Positions 61,727 through 64,000 of a DNA stretch of 64,000 bases are shown here, in pieces. The DNA lies in contig CAVPRW010000022.1 of assembly GCA_963707985.1 (NCBI GenBank), positions 32,001 to 96,000 of the forward strand, read 5' to 3'. Each line of letters begins with the position of its first letter. Position 1 is the first letter of the stretch. Source of the stretch: an uncultured Nitrospinota bacterium. Lineage in GTDB: Bacteria > Tectomicrobia > Entotheonellia > J063 > CAVPRW01. The position numbers and the translations under genes were made by a program. The notes below the pieces were generated by a model. It was not told the origin of the DNA and did not search any database. It saw nothing but the letters and a program-made list of their open reading frames with translations.

Positions 61727-62989
61727 ATGGGGAAGCGCATCGTCATCACGAGCTTCGGCTCACTGGGGGATATCTATCCCTATCTCACTCTAGCCCAGCG
61801 CCTGAGGCAGCGCGGCCACGATGCGATCCTAGCGACGTCGGCCTATTATCGCGAGCTCATCGAGGGGGAAGGGGTCGCCTTCTGTCCGGTCCGGCCCGAT
61901 GCCGACCCTGAGGATCGTGCCCTGATCCGTCGCCTCATGGAGCCCAAGCGTGGCCCTGAGATCCTCATCAGGGAGTGCCTTCTTCCCCATCTGCGGCACA
62001 GCTATACGGACCTCACCGCCGCGGCGCACGGGGCCGACCTGTTAGTGACGCACCCGATCACCTTCGCCGGCCCCCTTGTCGCCGAGCAGCACCGGATTCC
62101 GTGGGTGTCCACAGTGCTGGCCCCCATGTCTCTCTTCTCCGTGTACGACTTGCCGGTCTTCCCCGCCATGCCGAGGCTTGCACGGCTTTACAGGCTGAGG
62201 CCAGGTGTGAGCCGGCTGCTCCTGCGCCTGGGGAAGTGGATGACGCACCTCTGGTCGGAGCCTGTTCGCCAGCTACGGGCGGAGATCGAGCTGCCAGCGC
62301 GGGGCGACCCCCTGTACGAAGGACAGTTCTCGCCCGGGCTCACGCTCGCCCTGTTTTCCGGGGTGCTGGCCACACCACAGCCGGACTGGCCGCCCCACAC
62401 CCAGGTCACGGGGTTTGTCTTCCGTGATGAACCCGATGGCTTGCCGCCTGAGCTGGCCCGATTCCTTGATGCCGGGCCAGCTCCACTGGTGTTCACGCTG
62501 GGCAGCTCCGTGGTCAATACCGCAGGGTCCTTCTATCAGGAGAGCCTCGAGGCGGTACGACGCCTGGGGTGTCGGGCCGTGCTCCTGGTTGGTACCGATC
62601 CACAGAATCGCCTCCCAGAGCCGCTGCCCGAAAGCATACTGGCGGTGCCCTATGCCCCCCACGGTAGCCTCTTTCCCCGGGCCCAAGTCATCATCCACCA
62701 GGGAGGCATCGGCACCACAGCTCAAGCGCTGCGTGCGAGGCGCCCCATGCTCGTCGTTCCCCACGCCTTTGACCAGCCGGATAACGCCTTACGTGTGGTG
62801 AAGCTTGGCGTGGCCCGCACGCTGTCCCCCAAACACTATGTGGCAACACGCGTGGCTGCACAGCTCCAAGCTATCCTGGCGGAGCCGCGCTATGCCCAGC
62901 GTGCCGTGGTGGTGGGGCGTAAGGTTCAGACCGAAAGGGGAGACCAGCAAGCCTGCGATGCCATCGAGACCTACATGGCTTCCCTGTAA
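61727..62989 (+). CDS. GT1-family glycosyltransferase (Gtf/RhlB-like)
   Basis: GSLGDIYP, FTLGS and HQGGIGTT...PHAFDQPDNA motifs. Confidence 0.92.
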   Translation: MGKRIVITSFGSLGDIYPYLTLAQRLRQRGHDAILATSAYYRELIEGEGVAFCPVRPDADPEDRALIRRLMEPKRGPEILIRECLLPHLRHSYTDLTAAAHGADLLVTHPITFAGPLVAEQHRIPWVSTVLAPMSLFSVYDLPVFPAMPRLARLYRLRPGVSRLLLRLGKWMTHLWSEPVRQLRAEIELPARGDPLYEGQFSPGLTLALFSGVLATPQPDWPPHTQVTGFVFRDEPDGLPPELARFLDAGPAPLVFTLGSSVVNTAGSFYQESLEAVRRLGCRAVLLVGTDPQNRLPEPLPESILAVPYAPHGSLFPRAQVIIHQGGIGTTAQALRARRPMLVVPHAFDQPDNALRVVKLGVARTLSPKHYVATRVAAQLQAILAEPRYAQRAVVVGRKVQTERGDQQACDAIETYMASL

Positions 62990-63011
62990 TACTGGCGCCA
63001 CGCTGCTTGTC

Positions 63012-64000
63012 TTACACTCGCCCCACGCGTTCGGCAACATCTCGGGCTGCAACCAAGTAGACGGGTCGGGGATTCAGCGCATATTCTCGCAGGCACGCTT
63101 CGGTGAACTTGATGGTATGCGCGCCACCAGCGACCACTGCGCGGTCAATCAAGGTTTCGGGGGATTCTGTGGGCGGTATGAAGCCTGAGGGTGATGGAGG
63201 TGGCGTCGTCGAATACCAGGCGTAGATGCCGGCACATGCCTGCCAGGCATAGCGTGCCGCTAGCCGAGCATCGGCATCGGCCACGTAGGGTGCCAAGAGC
63301 CGAAGCGCGCTGGGAGCGGTGACCGCATGCACAAAAGCGATCAATCCTGTCGGGTTGGCGAGATAGATCCCCGCGAAGGTCTCGGTGATCTCAGAAATAT
63401 ACCGCGAAAGGTCGCTTGTGGTGTCCACCAGATCGATCACAGTGGCAAATTCAGGGCGTTCTTCCAGGCCTTTGAGTTGCTGCACAATCGCACCACGTGG
63501 ATCAAAATCGCCGCTGTGGACGCGCTCGACAAACTGGATCGCCTCTTTAGGTGAGTGCCCAATGTTACTGCCTGAGGGACTCCCCGGCATGACCTGATAG
63601 CGGGCAGCCCAGTAGCCTAACCCCTCGGCTAACTCATGCAGGCGCTGCGGCGTTTCACCACCCGCTAGGCTACGAACGGCGTGGCCTGTACGGATCAAGC
63701 CGTGCGTGGCGGCGGCCATGAGCCCCGGCGCCAGGCGTGGCACCCAAGTCCGCAACACTGACTGCCAGGGCCCCTCCAGCAGCTCGTGGTCGAAGAAGGC
63801 GACCCAATCGGCACTCCGGCCTCTATCACCGAGTGCCTCATGCCAGCTTTCAGGGGACATGGGGGTGTCCGGATGCGATCGCTCCTGAAAGCGGTTCTTA
63901 TACCCCTCAATCCAGGGCATCACCGAGCCAGGGCGGCCGAGGGTCAACAAGACTTCGGCGACCATAGGACCATGGTTGGAGTTGCCACCAACCAAATCCG
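63012..64000 (-). CDS. Questin-oxidase-like (DUF4243) protein, 5' end outside the window
   Basis: NHGPM..E.L, AAATHGLIRTGHAVR, FVHAVTAPSA and HTIKFTEAC motifs. Confidence 0.7.
   Translation of the reverse strand, partial: DLVGGNSNHGPMVAEVLLTLGRPGSVMPWIEGYKNRFQERSHPDTPMSPESWHEALGDRGRSADWVAFFDHELLEGPWQSVLRTWVPRLAPGLMAAATHGLIRTGHAVRSLAGGETPQRLHELAEGLGYWAARYQVMPGSPSGSNIGHSPKEAIQFVERVHSGDFDPRGAIVQQLKGLEERPEFATVIDLVDTTSDLSRYISEITETFAGIYLANPTGLIAFVHAVTAPSALRLLAPYVADADARLAARYAWQACAGIYAWYSTTPPPSPSGFIPPTESPETLIDRAVVAGGAHTIKFTEACLREYALNPRPVYLVAARDVAERVGRV

Overview
Bacterial chromosomal window, GC-rich (about 60% by eye). Gene content (many LLM monooxygenases, a peptide ABC transporter without ATPase genes, the IS type) suggests Tectomicrobia/'Entotheonella'-like or deltaproteobacterial DNA, but that is inference only. 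0-20 kb is mostly intact housekeeping and catabolic DNA: recA, a GntR-LLM cluster, acyl-CoA ligases, mtnA-divIVA-yggT-proC-yggS, cinA, mug, mdh-sucCD-ndk. 21.3-38 kb is a defence island: a complete type 3 BREX operon (brxF, brxC/pglY, pglXI, brxHII, pglZ, brxA) headed by an Xis/BldC-like HTH gene. It carries two nested extra genes, a Schlafen/AlbA_2-HATPase-HTH protein and a DUF262+HNH GmrSD-like nuclease, and its methylase has a compositionally foreign central segment. 38-64 kb is accessory: two PIN toxin-antitoxin pairs, tldD/tldE, a Dpp-type transporter, an iorAB-like molybdoenzyme with a diheme cytochrome cut by a 1.4-kb IS with perfect 24-bp TIRs, an alpha-hydroxy-acid oxidase, a P450-glycosyltransferase pair and a questin-oxidase-like gene. 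The most notable hidden element is a Grd-like reductase operon (grdE-like, grdB-like, DUF255 thioredoxin). After one frameshift is corrected, the GrdB homologue has an in-frame TGA at the selenocysteine position, the canonical UxxCxxC motif reads UxxSxxS, and no grdA/C/D is nearby. Many single-base frameshifts, mostly +1, cluster in the BREX, ior and grd regions and look like sequencing/assembly errors. Gene limits there were reconstructed by hand.
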